A stretch of DNA of 64,000 bases from Macrostomum lignano. Lineage: Eukaryota. A program made the position numbers and the translations under genes. The stretch is from NCBI GenBank assembly GCA_002269645.1, contig NIVC01000107.1, positions 1 to 64,000 of the forward strand, given 5' to 3'. Shown here piece by piece: positions 36,021 through 49,668 of this stretch (position 1 is its first letter; the number at the start of each line of letters is the position of its first letter). The notes below the pieces were generated by a model that was not told the DNA's origin, did not search any database, and saw only the letters and a program-made list of their open reading frames with translations.

Positions 36021-36828
36021 GACCCATCTAGGTAATATAGAATCTGTGGTATAAAGCCTCTCCCTAACAGATTCCATTTTAAGAATCAAGAACTGTGATG
36101 ACTAGGCATTGTTAAACTGATAAAAAATCGGCTTTACCCCCACACACCCGCTCTTGCTAGAAAGTGTAGCTTGGGCAAAAGTGTCTTGAAAAAATTACGA
36201 GAGTAGGCAAACTGATACAGACACATTCCATTCCTTTCGACAGGCTAAGTCAAGCAGCTCACAAGCAATCATAGAGTCGAAATGAAAGAACAGGATATAC
36301 AGTTGCAAACCTGGCTGCAAATGAATATTTTATGTCTTAGAAGAAAACGATGGCGCATTAATTGCGAACTGCTGCAGAGCCAATCCTCTTTGTCGCTTCC
36401 AAGTGGCTGGGTGAGGAGGGGATGGAAAGTAGCGGATTGGGGAATGGGGAGTCCAGGAGACGGCAGTGAAGGGGATAAGTCACCCATGGGATAAGCCTGA
36501 TTCAGAGATACACTCCCTAGCTGAACCGAGAGGAAGGCGCCCCAGTCTGGTAATTTCCAGCTGAGTTTTACGAAAAGCTTCTGCAGCTGCCCCTAGCCAA
36601 CATTTCTTCTCCATTCCTAAATTTAAAGTTCGAAAATAAAAAAGGCCTCCCACAAAATCGACCGCAGGCACTCTCAGCACTCGGCAATCATGCATTCGGG
36701 CGCCCCGGTCGCCAGAATTGACTCAGCCACCGCCGCCCCAGCCTCCTCCCAAATAATTGGCACTTTTATTGCTGTTGTGGCAGCCGCTAAAGCAGCTGCT
36801 GCAGCCACCGCTGGCCCCTGAGACTGCC

Positions 36829-38064
36829 ATGGCCAAAGGCGTCAGCTTCAGCTCCGACACCCGATTCAAGGCGGCCATGCACAACGGCTCTGGCGGCCTG
36901 GATGGAGGAAGCGGCGGCGGTAGCGGTGACGGCGGCACCGGCAGCGACGGCGGCAGCGGCAGCGGCAGCGACTCGGAGGGCAGCAGCGAGTCGGAGCGGC
37001 TGTCCCGGCCGACCCGTCAGCGTCTGCAGCGCTCCTTCTCGCTGGTGCCGGAGCGCCTTGGCCGCGGTTTCGGTGGCTCCCTGCAGAGCAAGCGGCCCAT
37101 GCAGTTCTGCGAGCTGCTCATGCAGGCCCTCATCGGATTGCTAATTGCCGTCACTTTTCCATTCTCATTTTTTTTCTGCCTGAAGGTGATCGCCCAGTAC
37201 GAGCGGGCGGTGATCTTCCGACTCGGCCGGATCCTCAGCGCGGAGGCCAGCGGCCCCGGCCTCGTGTTCATCATGCCTTGCATGGACTCCATCAAGCGAG
37301 TGGACCTGCGAACCATGACCTTCGATGTCCCCACCCAGGAGGTGCTGACCAAGGACTCCGTGACCGTGGCAGTCGACGCAGTGGTCTATTACCGAATCTT
37401 CGATCCCGTCATGTCGGTGGTGAACGTGGAGGACTGCAGCCGGTCCACGAAGCTGCTCGCCCAGACGACTCTGCGCAACGTCCTTGGCACGGTGAGCCTC
37501 TACGAGCTGCTGGCCGGCCGCGACGACTCCGCCATCGTCATGCAGGAGACGCTGGACGCTGCCACGGACACCTGGGGCGTCAAGGTGGAACGCGTCGAGA
37601 TTAAGGATGTCCGCCTGCCAACTCAGCTGCAGCGGGCGATGGCGGCGGAGGCGGAGGCGGCCCGCGAGGCCCGGGCGAAGGTGATCGCGGCGGAGGGTGA
37701 ACAGAAGGCGAGTAAGGCGTTGAAGTTGGCCGCTCTGGAGCTCTCCGAGTGCAACCTGGCGCTGCAGCTGCGCTACCTGCAGACTCTGAGCAGCATCTCG
37801 GCCGAGAAGAACTCGACCATCATCTTCCCCCTGCCGCTGGAGCTGCTGAAGTTCTTTCAAGAGGCTGGCGGATTGCCGGAAGTTCCACTGCAGCAGCAGA
37901 AGCCGCAGCAGCAGCCGCAGAAGCCGTCAAGTTCAGGCGTCGGCTGCGGCGGTCACGTCAGCGGCGGGCGGGCGACCTGCGCGCGGCCGGTCACCGTCAG
38001 CTCGCCGAGTCGCGTCTCCAGGCATGCGCTTTCTGCGGCCGGCGGCTATGGCTCCGGTTGTTAA
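36829..38064 (+). CDS. STOM: Stomatin/band-7 (SPFH) family membrane protein, intronless, ~411 aa from ATG 36829
   Basis: Hydrophobic hairpin LIGLLIAVTFPFSFFFCLKVIAQYERAVIFRLGR, then VDLRTMTFDVPTQEVLTKDSVTVAVDAVVYYRI, AQTTLRNVLG, WGVKVERVEIKDVRLP..RAMAAEAEAAREARAKVIAAEGE and LQLRYLQTL..AEKNSTIIFPLP. Family is certain; the exact orthologue (stomatin vs mec-2-like) is not. Confidence 0.93.
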   Translation: MAKGVSFSSDTRFKAAMHNGSGGLDGGSGGGSGDGGTGSDGGSGSGSDSEGSSESERLSRPTRQRLQRSFSLVPERLGRGFGGSLQSKRPMQFCELLMQALIGLLIAVTFPFSFFFCLKVIAQYERAVIFRLGRILSAEASGPGLVFIMPCMDSIKRVDLRTMTFDVPTQEVLTKDSVTVAVDAVVYYRIFDPVMSVVNVEDCSRSTKLLAQTTLRNVLGTVSLYELLAGRDDSAIVMQETLDAATDTWGVKVERVEIKDVRLPTQLQRAMAAEAEAAREARAKVIAAEGEQKASKALKLAALELSECNLALQLRYLQTLSSISAEKNSTIIFPLPLELLKFFQEAGGLPEVPLQQQKPQQQPQKPSSSGVGCGGHVSGGRATCARPVTVSSPSRVSRHALSAAGGYGSGC

Positions 38065-38384
38065 GGAGACGGATAGCGTTGCGCAAAACGAGTTGGTTGC
38101 TAAGGACGCAAACTGGGAAGCCGCGTGACTGTTTTGTCGCTTCTCTTCCTTCCGCCACCCCCGCCATCAGTTCCGACTTTCGCGATTCGTTATTTAAACA
38201 TTAATTTTGTTCAACTGTTTGCTTCTGCTGTGTCACAGGCCCTTTGCCCGCAATCCCCAAGTCTCGCAGTGCAACCTACAGCCGCTCTTACATGTCGGTG
38301 CGCTGTTTTTGCTTGGAGCTTTCGCTCTGGCAATTTGTTGTGGAATAATCACTGTTATCACTCACAGTCTCCGTCTGTCTCTCT

Positions 38385-38845
<461 letters not shown>

Positions 38846-39519
38846 TCATATCTATCTTTCTCCCCTCGTCTCCGTCTTTTTACAATAGATTCCCAGAAAA
38901 TCTCGCAATGCATGTCAACCTCTTCCATCTCGTGTGACCTTTCCTAATTTTCAATCTCCAATTCTCACAATGCTTCGTTCGTCATCCGAAAAAAATTTCT
39001 TGTCAGCAGCCATGCAGAACTGCACTGAGAGTGCGGTTCATCTCGCACAAATCAATGCTTGGCCCATTTAGCCAGCTGTGGTTGCGGCAGTACCCGTCAC
39101 TCATGCTAACTTGCTTTTAGGCTTGTCCAGAACCTCCACTGCACACTCAATCAATCACTTAAAAAACCTTTGACGCTCAAGTTCAAAAAAGAGCTACGAA
39201 ATTCCTCGCCCAGGAATATCAATTTTGCTCTTGTATTGATTAACCGAAAATCCTTCGTCTTATAACGTCTTGATTCTGCATATTTTTGAACAATTTGAAC
39301 AATTTCTAAACGCCTATTTAATTAGTAAGCATTAACATTTTATGGTAATTTACTATACTTTGAAGCGTTTCACCACCCTGAGGTATCTGCAACTCCGCGT
39401 TAATTATAAATTAATAAATATAACTAGTCAATACTGTGTCAGTGGCTTGCAGTGAACATAACGAATACTTCTATTTCTGCCTTAGTTATTATCGCTGTTA
39501 TTGAAGAACGTGCTGTGAA

Positions 39520-39915
39520 GCCTCCCTCAGTGTCCTTGAATCTGCCTCTCTGCTCCCCTCAGTGTCCTTGAATCTGCTTCTCCGCTCCCCTCAGTGTCCT
39601 TGAATCTGCCTCTCTGCTCCCCTCAGTGGCCTTGAATCTGCCTCTCCGCTCCCTCAGTGTCCTTGAATCTGCCTCTCTGCTCCCCTCAGTGTCCTTGAAT
39701 CTGCCTCTCCGCTCCCTCAGTGTCCTTGAATGTGCCTCTCTGCTCCCCTCAGTGTCCTTGAATCTGCCTCTCTGCTCCCCTCAGTGTCCTTGAATCTGCC
39801 TCTCCGCTCCCTCAGTGTCCTTGAATCTGCCTCTCTGCTCCCCTCAGTGTCCTTGAATCTGCCTCTCTGCTCCCCTCAGTGTCCTTGAATCTGCCTTTCC
39901 GCTACCCTCAAGTGT
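39520..39915. repeat. 32-33 bp minisatellite (CCCTCAGTGTCCTTGAATCTGCCTCTCTGCTC), ~12 copies
   Basis: Direct reading. Confidence 0.93.
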
Positions 39916-40629
39916 CCTTCAGAAATCATTGTATTTCAATCACGGCATTAGTACACGTAAGAGACAGCGCAACCAAAATCATACCAGGATAAATAAGCAT
40001 AATTATCGACATGTCAGGAACTGCCAACCTGAAGGACGCGACTCCAGTGCAGGCAATTGACTTCCCCTATAGTGCAGTAAGTCAAGCATTGACTGCCGCA
40101 GCAGAAAATAAGGGAGCTGAATAATCCCCAAAATCTTTGCTCTTTCCAGCCTTCCTGCTCTTTTATTCTGCCTACAGACGAAAAAAAATATATTTCAGCA
40201 TCCGTTTTGTGCGATCTGCTTCCTAGAAGACACATGCATCAGGGACAATTTGACAGATGTTAGAAAGGCCCCCAGCGTCTGTGGCAGGCTTTTCAAGTAG
40301 ATTTGCAGAGAGGATGGAGAGGCTTTGGGCAGAGAAATGGAGGGAGAATGCCAAGGATGAGCGACTGACAGGCTGTAGGGGCCAGAGATGAGTGACTCCT
40401 TGAGTAGGGCGGGAGAGAGGAAGAGAGACAACAAAAGAAGTTGATGGAAAAGAAGTGGTTTGACCGGCCTATGAGACTGACAGGCTACACTAAATAATGC
40501 ATAGCAGCTTTGCAAACCAGAAGATCTTCAAAGCGATAAGAAATGTTTTGCATCAAAAGCATTGGAATTTTTTGACATGTTCGTTTCATTTTTGACAAAG
40601 ATTTCCATTGTGGACAAAGCATATTGAAT

Positions 40630-41640
40630 GTTCAAGCTTGTCCCATCTGCAAGCTTGTCCCATCTGCACGCTTGTCCCATCTGCACGCTTGTCCCATCTG
40701 CACGCTTGTCCCATCTGCAAGCTTGTCCCATCTGCACGCTTGTCCCATCTGCACGCTTGTCCCATCTGCACGCTTGTCCCATCTGCAAGCTTGTCCCATC
40801 TGCACGCTTGTCCCATCTGCACGCTTGTCCCATCTGCAAGCTTGTCCCATCTGCAAGCTTGTCCCATCTGCAAGCTTGTCCCATTAGCACGCTTGTCCCA
40901 TTAGCACGCTTGTCCCATTAGCACGCTTGTCCCATTAGCACGCTTGTCCCATTAGCACGCTTGTCCCATTAGCACGCTTCTACCATTAGCACGCTTGTCA
41001 CATCTGCACGCTTGTCCCATCTGCACGCTTGTCCCATTAGCACGCTTGTCCCATTAGCACGCTTCTACCATTAGCACGCTTGTCACATCTGCACGCTTGT
41101 CCCATCTGCACGCTTGTCCCATCTGCACGCTTGTCCCATTAGCACGCTTGTCCCATCTGCACGCTTGTCCCAGTTGCACGCTTGTCCCATCTGCACGCTT
41201 TTCCCAGTTGCACGCTTGTCCCATCTGCACGCTTGTCCCAGTTGCACGCTTGTCCCAGTTGCACGCTTGTCCCATCTGCACGCTTGTCCCAGTCCGTTAG
41301 CACGCTTGTCTCATTAGCACGCTTGTCTCATTTGCACGCTTGCCCCATTTGCACGCTGTCCCAGTCCGTTAGCACGCTTGTATCATTTTCACGCTTGCCC
41401 CATTAGCACGCTTGTCCCATCTGCACGCTTGTCCCATCTGCACGCTTGTCCCATCTGCACGCTTGTTCCATCTGCACGCTTGTCCCATTAGCACGCTTGT
41501 CCCATTAGCACGCTTGTCCCATTAGCACGCTTGTCTCATTTGCACGCTTGCCTCATTTGCACGCTGTCCCAGTCCGTTAGCACGCTGTCTCATTAGCACG
41601 CTGCCCCATTTACACGCTTGTCTAGTTAGCACGCTTGTCT
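40630..41640. repeat. 17-bp satellite (TGCACGCTTGTCCCATC and variants)
   Basis: Direct reading. The 17-aa periodicity in the ORF track equals 3 x 17 nt. Confidence 0.95.
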
Positions 41641-43234
41641 CATTTGTCCCACATTATATCTAGCAAGGAAACGAGAGAAGAAAATAGAAAACCGAAACGA
41701 TTCTAAATTGATCAATAAAATAAAATAAAAAGCCAAGGCTGTTGGGACCTCCAGCCAAGTAAGCGAAGTTAACACAACAGCGCCGGATATGGAAGTAGCG
41801 ATAAATTAAAAAAATGTTGGAGAAAGAAGAGGGAGAGCGGCTGTAAAGTTAAGAGTCAAATAAGCACTGCTGCATGTATATGATGCTGAGAAGCAGTAAT
41901 TCTTATCCAGAAGAATTTTTTTCATTGTTACTCAACAATTGACTGACTGTGCGCGAGGCTGGAGGGCTCAATTTTATTGGTTCACTTCCGGCCTCACAAG
42001 CTGGAATCGGATGACTGATAGACCTTTCTGCTGCCCTCAGAAGTGCCTTGGCGTTGGTCGATGGGACCGTGTCGCCGAAGGCGACCAGGCCAGGGTGTCC
42101 CGCAAGCCCCTGCAATTATGATTATTTCTGCAATTTTTCATTGCATTCTGTTTGTCTTCTTCTCATTCTACCTCTCTGCTTCTTTTTTGCTTTCTTCTTT
42201 CTTCTCGCCACAATTCCACTCTCTTCCACCCTACCCTACCTGCCTTGTAACCGCTACTAAAACACTCCTTCGCTCTCTTCTCTCTTGAAAGCACAGAATC
42301 GATCACTCACCCATGAACCTCCCGCGTACACAGGTGGTCTGGATTTATTAATAAATTCTAAGTTGAGTTTCCATAGTTTGAATGCTGCTGGGAAATCTGA
42401 GCTCAGAAAGTGATTTTAATTCTAAGCGGCTCGCTCTGGAACACTCCGGAATACATTGGACCGGTCAAATACGTCAATAAGTCAATACTAAAGGCCCTCT
42501 ATTCCCCCAGGAGGGCGAAATCTAAAGAGTAGAAAAAATCAAGCACGGCTCTTCGTTTTTAGATTGGAGTTTTCTGAGACAGACTGTCAAGGAGAGAGGC
42601 GCGGTGGCTCCCAGATCCCAGATCAGTCGCCCGCGTCACCCAACTGTCAATCCTGCTCTGGACGCGGTGCAGCTCCCCCTGCTCATTCGATAAGTGCAGG
42701 GAAAGGGTAGCATACGATTATAACTCCTATGGGACTTCCGGGACAGACAGGAAATGGTTCAGGCGGCGCAGCCAACCCTCCCTCCATCCGGACAGTCAGG
42801 AGAGGGACGCGGACACGGAGAGGGCAAGTTAGATATTGAGGTGTACAATCAGGCACCAAATCTGTCAGTAGTGCCAGCTCAGGGACTCTCTAGTTTGCTG
42901 GGAAGTCGGCACAGACCTCATTCAACACGACAAGCCACTTTATAGGATATTTGGCGGCTCATTCGTTTCTAAGCTTTTGGATGAGTTGTTTTCTCCCTCT
43001 CTCTGACTCGCCTCTCCCAGCTCCATTCCCCTCCCAATCCAGCCAGCTCATTAATAATTAATGATCGTGGCTTCATTTAGGCGATGGGGAATGAGGGATG
43101 AGGAAACGAGCGGGATGCTGAGGCGCATCGATTGTAGCCTCATCATTTCAGTCAGTTTTTAACGCTCGAAAATTTGTTTGTTCAAGCAACTGAAAAAACG
43201 AAATTGTAATTTGGGCGCTATGGTAAAAGTATGA

Positions 43235-44401
43235 GGACTTACCTGAGCATCTGCTCAAAGTGGGGACTTACCTGAGCATCTGCTCAAAGTGGGGGACTTA
43301 CCTGAGCATCTGCTCAAAGTGGGGACTTACCTGAGCATCTGCTTAAAGTGGGGGACTTACCTGAGCATCTGCTCAAAGTGGGGACTTACCTGAGCATCTG
43401 CTCAAAGTGGGTACTTACCTGAGCATCTGCTTAAAGTGGGGGACTTACCTGAGCATCTGCTCAAAGTGGATACTTACCTGAGCATCTGCTCAAAGTGGGT
43501 ACTTACCTGAGCATCTGCTTAAAGTGGGGGACTTACCTGAGCATCTGCTCAAAGTGGGTACTTACCTGAGCATCTGCTTAAAGTGGGGGACTTACCTGAG
43601 CATCTGCTCAAAGTGGGGGACTTACCTGAGCATCTGCTCAAAGTGGGGACTTACCTGAGCATCTGCTTAAAGTGGGAGGACTTACCTGAGCATCTGCTTA
43701 AAGTGGGGGACTTACCTGAGCATCTGCTCAAAGTGGGGGACTTACCTGAGCATCTGCTCAAAGTGGGGACTTACCTGAGCATCTGCTTAAAGTGGGGGAC
43801 TTACCTGAGCATCTGCTCAAAGTGGGGGACTTACCTGAGCATCTGCTCAAAGTGGGGGACTTACCTGAGCATCTGCTCAAAGTGGGGGACTTACCTGAGC
43901 ATCTGCTTAAAGTGGGGGACTTACCTGAGCATCTGCTCAAAGTGGGGGACTTACCTGAGCATCTGCTCAAAGTGGGGACTTACCTGAGCATCTGCTTAAA
44001 GTGGGAGGACTTACCTGAGCATCTGCTTAAAGTGGGAGGACTTACCTGAGCATCTGCTCAAAGTGGGGGACTTACCTGAGCATCTGCTCAAAGTGGGGGA
44101 CTTACCTGAGCATCTGCTCAAAGTGGGGACTTACCTGAGCATCTGCTCAAAGTGGGGACTTACCTGAGCATCTGCTTAAAGTGGGAGGACTTACCTGAGC
44201 ATCTGCTCAAAGTGGGGGACTTACCTGAGCATCTGCTCAAAGTGGGGGACTTACCTGAGCATCTGCTCAAAGTGGGGACTTACCTGAGCATCTGCTCAAA
44301 GTGGGGACTTACCTGAGCATCTGCTTAAAGTGGGAGGACTTACCTGAGCATCTGCTCAAAGTGGGGACTTAACTGAGCATCTGCTCAAAGTGGGGACTTA
44401 C
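43235..44401. repeat. 29-30 bp minisatellite (GGACTTACCTGAGCATCTGCTCAAAGTGG(G)), ~39 copies
   Basis: Direct reading. Nearly every unit contains ACTTACCTG, which is CAGGTAAGT on the minus strand. Confidence 0.96.
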
Positions 44402-44835
44402 GAGCGTACCACAGGGTCTGGTTTGATGAGGCTTAGCGGGCACCCACTGAGTGATCCGTATCGGTCAGCAAAGCAACAGTACCGAAATAATTTTTAATCA
44501 CGTACAGACAGAATCATTGCACTGCTTGGATCGCGAATCGAGCAAAAAACCAAAGGGATTTTGTGTGCGTACCTTTTGTGCTTATCAGATTTTATTGATT
44601 TATTTTGCATAGAAACAGGATACTAGCTGCGACAGGTGTTTGGGTGACTGACCAGCGACTACGTCTGAGTCTCTGAGGAAAAATTGCATTTCGCCCTTCT
44701 ATCCCCATTCTGTCACAGATCTGTCAGTATCAATTATATTATTATTTTCCATTTCAGCTTTCATTCTGTCAGTTTTCTTTCAGTCACCTATCATGAATAG
44801 GGGATTGATAAATGTACTTGTGCGTGCTTGTCTAG

Positions 44836-46065
44836 CACCACCTGACACCACCTGACACTACCTGACACCACCTGACACCACCTGACACTATCTGACACTA
44901 CCTGACACTATCTGACACTATCTGACACCATCTGACACCATCTGACACTATCTGACACTATCTGACACCATCTGACACCATCTGACACTATCTGACACCA
45001 TCTGACACCATCTGACACTATCTGACACTATCTGACACCATCTGACACTATCTGACACCATCTGACACTATCTGACACCATCTGACACCATCTGACACTA
45101 TCTGACACTATCTGACACCATCTGACACCATCTGACACTATCTGACACCATCTGACACCATCTGACACTATCTGACACTTTCTGACACCATCTGACACTA
45201 TCTGACACTATCTGACACTATCTGACACCACCTGACACCACCTGACACCACCTAAAACTATCTGACACCATCTGACACTATCTGACACTTTCTGACACTA
45301 TCTGACACTATCTGACACCCTTTGACACTATCTGACACCACCTGACACCACCTGACACCACCTAAAACTATCTGACACCATCTGACACTATCTGACGCTT
45401 TCTGACACCATCTGACACTATCTGACACCCTTTGACACTATCTGACACCACCTGACACCACCTGAGACTATCTGACACTATCTGACACCATCTGACACTA
45501 TCTGATACTATCTGACACTATCTGACAGCATCTGACACTATATTACACTATCTGACACCATCTGACACTATATGAAACCATCTGACACTATCTGACACCA
45601 TCTGACACTATCTGACACTATCTGACACTATCTGACACCACCTGACACCACCTGACACCACCTAAAACTATCTGACACCATCTGACACTATCTGACACTT
45701 TCTGACACTATCTGACACTATCTGACACCCTTTGACACTATCTGACACCACCTGACACCACCTGACACCACCTAAAACTATCTGACACCATCTGACACTA
45801 TCTGACGCTTTCTGACACTATCTGACACTATCTGACACCCTTTGACACTATCTGACACCACCTGACACCACCTGAGACTATCTGACACTATCTGACACCA
45901 TCTGACACTATCTGACACTATCTGACACTATCTGACAGCATCTGACACTATATTACACTATCTGACACCATCTGACACTATCTGAAACCATCTGACACTA
46001 TCTGACGCCATCTGACACTATCTGACACCATCTGATTCCATCTGACATTATCTGACACTATTTTT
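44836..46065. repeat. 10-bp satellite (TCTGACACTA/TCTGACACCA) with higher-order blocks
   Basis: Direct reading. Rare variants (CCTAAAACTA, TTTGACACTA) recur in the same order, indicating larger segmental duplications. Confidence 0.95.
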
Positions 46066-46534
46066 GACATTTCTATCTTTGACACTAAATGTTTGTTAGA
46101 CTAAGTATTCAATTGTTTGCAAATATTGACTCAATTTCCGCATTGCTTGATAGAAACTATTCTCCAGCCTTGAATAAAAATACACTGTGAACTATTTACA
46201 CGCAATAGACTTGGCGAAGCTCTTGAATTTGTGATTGTGCTGAACAAGCCTGGCTTAGCCAGCTGAGCGGCACTGCAGCTCCTTCACTGTTTTTAATTGG
46301 CCCCACTTTCGTGGTGGGGCCGGTTTGGCTTCCTGCGCTTAAGTTGCACCCCGCCCTGTGCAGGTGCGAGAATAAGTGAACCCGGATGAAAGATAAAGCA
46401 AGCAGAAAAAATCGAAAAAAGAAATTATCTACGAGTACAAAAATGTCTCTTGGATAGGGTTTTCGCGCCATATTTTAAAGCCCAACTGCAGTCCCGATGT
46501 AGCAGGGCAGGATGGCAAAAACTGACTGGGGGTA

Positions 46535-46536
46535 GC

Positions 46537-46630
<94 letters not shown>
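46535..46630. repeat. (CTG)n trinucleotide microsatellite
   Basis: Direct reading. Confidence 0.95.
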
Positions 46631-46633
<3 letters not shown>

Positions 46634-46679
46634 TTATTAAATGGCATTCCTTTAGGCCTATTTTGCAAAATAGAACCAG

Positions 46680-47430
46680 ACACTGGCACAGACACAGACA
46701 CAGACACAGACACAGACACAGACACAGACACAGACACAGACACAGACAAAGACACAGACACAGACACAGACACAGGCACAGACACAGGCACAGACACAGA
46801 CACAGACACAGACACAGACACAGGCACAGGCACAGACACAGACACAGACACAGACACAGACACAGGCACAGACACAGACACAGGCACAGGCACAGACACA
46901 GACACAGGCACAGACACAGACACAGAAACAGACACAGGCACAGACACAGACACAGGCACAGACACAGACACAGACACAGACATAGACACAGACACAGACA
47001 CAGGCACAGACACAGACACAGGCACAGGCACAGACACAGACACAGGCACAGACACAGACACAGAAACAGACACAGGCACAGACACAGACACAGGCACAGA
47101 CACAGACACAGACACAGACATAGACACAGACACAGACACAGAGACAGGCACAGACACAGGCACAGGCACAGACACAGACACAGGCACAGACACAGACACA
47201 GACACAGACACAGACACAGAAACAGACACAGGCACAGACACAGACACAGGCACAGACACAGACACAGGCACAGACACAGACACAGACACAGACACAGACA
47301 CAGACACAGACACAGACACAGACACAGACACAGAAACAGACACAGACACAGAGACAGGCACAGACACAGGCACAGGCACAGACACAGACACAGACATAGA
47401 CACAGACACAGACACAGAGACAGGCACAGA

Positions 47431-47465
<35 letters not shown>

Positions 47466-47500
47466 ACACAGACACAGAAACAGACACAGGCACAGACACC
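46680..47500. repeat. (CACAGA/CACAGG)n hexanucleotide satellite
   Basis: Direct reading. It produces the RH/VS/CV pseudo-ORFs. Confidence 0.96.
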
Positions 47501-48087
47501 ATCAGATCCCGGAAATAAGGAGCAGTCCAAGCACAGGAAATAATATCGGAGCAGCCAGTAAAGTATGTTTTCCTTATCGCAACAAGAGTGCCGCTCCAAC
47601 TGCCCCCTTCCCTCCTCCCCTACTCCATCCCCAAGCCGTTTGTCCTCCAACAGCCTGTCGGCCGTCCCCGCCGTGTCTCCCGAGCAGCCGCTGCACTTCT
47701 GCCTCTCTTTGATCGGCATGAGATATCTGCCGTATCTGGGCCCGGGATCTGCTGTTGAGGACGGGGGCGGGGCGATTCTGTCTGCGCGGAAATCTCTGCG
47801 GAACTCGCAGCAGCGGATGCATGGGGGGGGGGAGAAGCGGCATGGAAATTTTCGATCTTCGATCGACCCCCCTCCCGCCCCGACTCAGATCATCCATATG
47901 AAATTGCAAGGCATTGCCCTCTTGTGTCTTATGTGTCGCAGTTCTGTGTGCGTTTTGCTGTCATATTAATATAAATTTGTTGTTCATAAAGCAATTTCAT
48001 TTTCTTAATAGTGGTTACAAGGAGTCGATGGTTACGTTCTGAATGAGATCAAGGGGAATATGCCTTTAGAATTGACAGCCCTCTGTC

Positions 48088-48925
48088 CGTGTGGACACCA
48101 ACCCCTCTGCAACCCTCTCCCCCCCACTCAGTGTGGACACCAACCCCTCTGCAACCCCCTCTCTCACTCAGTGTGGACACCAACCCCTCTGCAACCCCCT
48201 CTCTCACTCAGTGTGGACACCAACCCCTCTGCAACCCTCTCCCCCCACTCAGTGTGGACACCAACCCCTCTGCAACCCTCTCCCCCACTCAGTGTGGACA
48301 CCAACCCCTCTGCAACCCCCTCTCTCACTCAGTGTGGACACCAACCCCTCTGCAACCCTCTCCCCCGACTCAGTCTGAACACCAACCCCTCTGCAACCCT
48401 CTCCCCCACTCAGTGTGGACACCAACCCCTCTGCAACCCCCTCTCTCACTCAGTGTGAACACCAACCCCTCTGCAACCCTCTCCCTCCACTCAGAGTGGA
48501 CCCAAACCCCTCTGCAACTCCCTCTCTCACTCAGTGTGGACACCAACCCCTCTGCAACCCCCTCTGTCACTTAGTGTAGACACCAACCCCTCTGCAACCC
48601 TCTCCCCCACTCACTGTTATCACCAACCTCTCTGCAACCCTCTCCCCCCACTCAGTGTGGACACCAACCCCTCTGCAACCCCCTCTGTCACTTAATGTAG
48701 ACACCAACCCCTCTGCAACCCTCTCCCCGACTCAGTGTGAACACCAACCCCTCTGCAACCCTCTCCCCGACTCAGTGTGAACACCAACCCCTCTGCAACC
48801 CTCTCCCCGACTCAGTGTGAACACCAACCCCTCTGCAACCCTCTCCCCGACTCAGTGTGAACACCAACCCCTCTGCAACCCTCTCCCTCCACTCAGAGGG
48901 GACACCAACCCCTCTGCAACCCCCT
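48088..48925. repeat. ~39-41 bp minisatellite (CACTCAGTGTGGACACCAACCCCTCTGCAACCCTCTCCCC)
   Basis: Direct reading, about 21 copies. Confidence 0.93.
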
Positions 48926-49198
48926 CCCGGCTTAGTTAAAGAGAGAAAGCTTAGTCAAAGCCCATACGGATCTGCGATCCACTCACTAAGTGGATTGATT
49001 GAGCAAACACATGTCAAGTTGGGACTCTGGGGATTCGCTCTTTAGTTCACGTTAACTTTTGTTCCGACCTGTAGCTACACCGCTTGGCGAGAAGGGCCGT
49101 GTTTGCCCTGAAAAGAGGAATGGACTTTGTGCGTGTTTGCCAAGTCAACTTTGATTTCCGATCGCGCCAAGCACAGCAAAGTTGCGGCTGAGGCCATT

Positions 49199-49333
49199 TT
49201 ACAGAGTGATTGTTCGGCCCTCAGATTATAGATTACAGAGTGATTGTTCGGCCCTCAGATTATAGATTACAGAGTGATTGTTCGGCCCTCAGATTATAGA
49301 TTACAGAGTGATTGTTCGGCCCTCAGATTATAG
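49199..49333. repeat. 34-bp tandem repeat x4 (TTACAGAGTGATTGTTCGGCCCTCAGATTATAGA)
   Basis: Four identical copies. Confidence 0.95.
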
Positions 49334-49344
49334 AAATTGTCAGC

Positions 49345-49668
49345 TAGAAACCGTCTCCTTTAGCCCCTCTCCTTTAGCCCCTCTCCTTTAGCCCCTCTCC
49401 TTTAGCCCCTCTCCTTCAGCCCCTCTCCCTCAGCCCCTCGCCCTCAGCCCCTCATCCTCAGCCCCACTCCCTCAGCCCATCTACCTCAGCCCCTCGACCT
49501 CAGCCCCTCTCTCTCAGCCCCTCACCCTCAGCCCCTCTCCTTTAGCCCCTCGCCCTCAGCCCCTCATCCTCAGCCCCACTCAGTCAGCCCCACTCCCTCA
49601 GCCCCTCTCCCTCAGCCCCTCTCCCCCAGCCCCTCTCCCCCAGCCCCTCTCCCTCAGCCCCTCTCCCT
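49345..49668. repeat. 14-bp satellite (CAGCCCCTCTCCCT)
   Basis: Direct reading. Confidence 0.9.

Noticed and set aside
37925-38127. Alternative stomatin C-terminus in another frame (SAAAVTSAAGG..DANWEAA*)
   Set aside because: It looks protein-like but needs an unsupported frameshift, and the annotated frame is open to 38064.
43235-44401. CRISPR-like array or U1 snRNA gene
   Set aside because: Units are directly adjacent with no unique spacers and there are no cas genes. ATACTTACCTG at 43470 is not followed by a U1 body.
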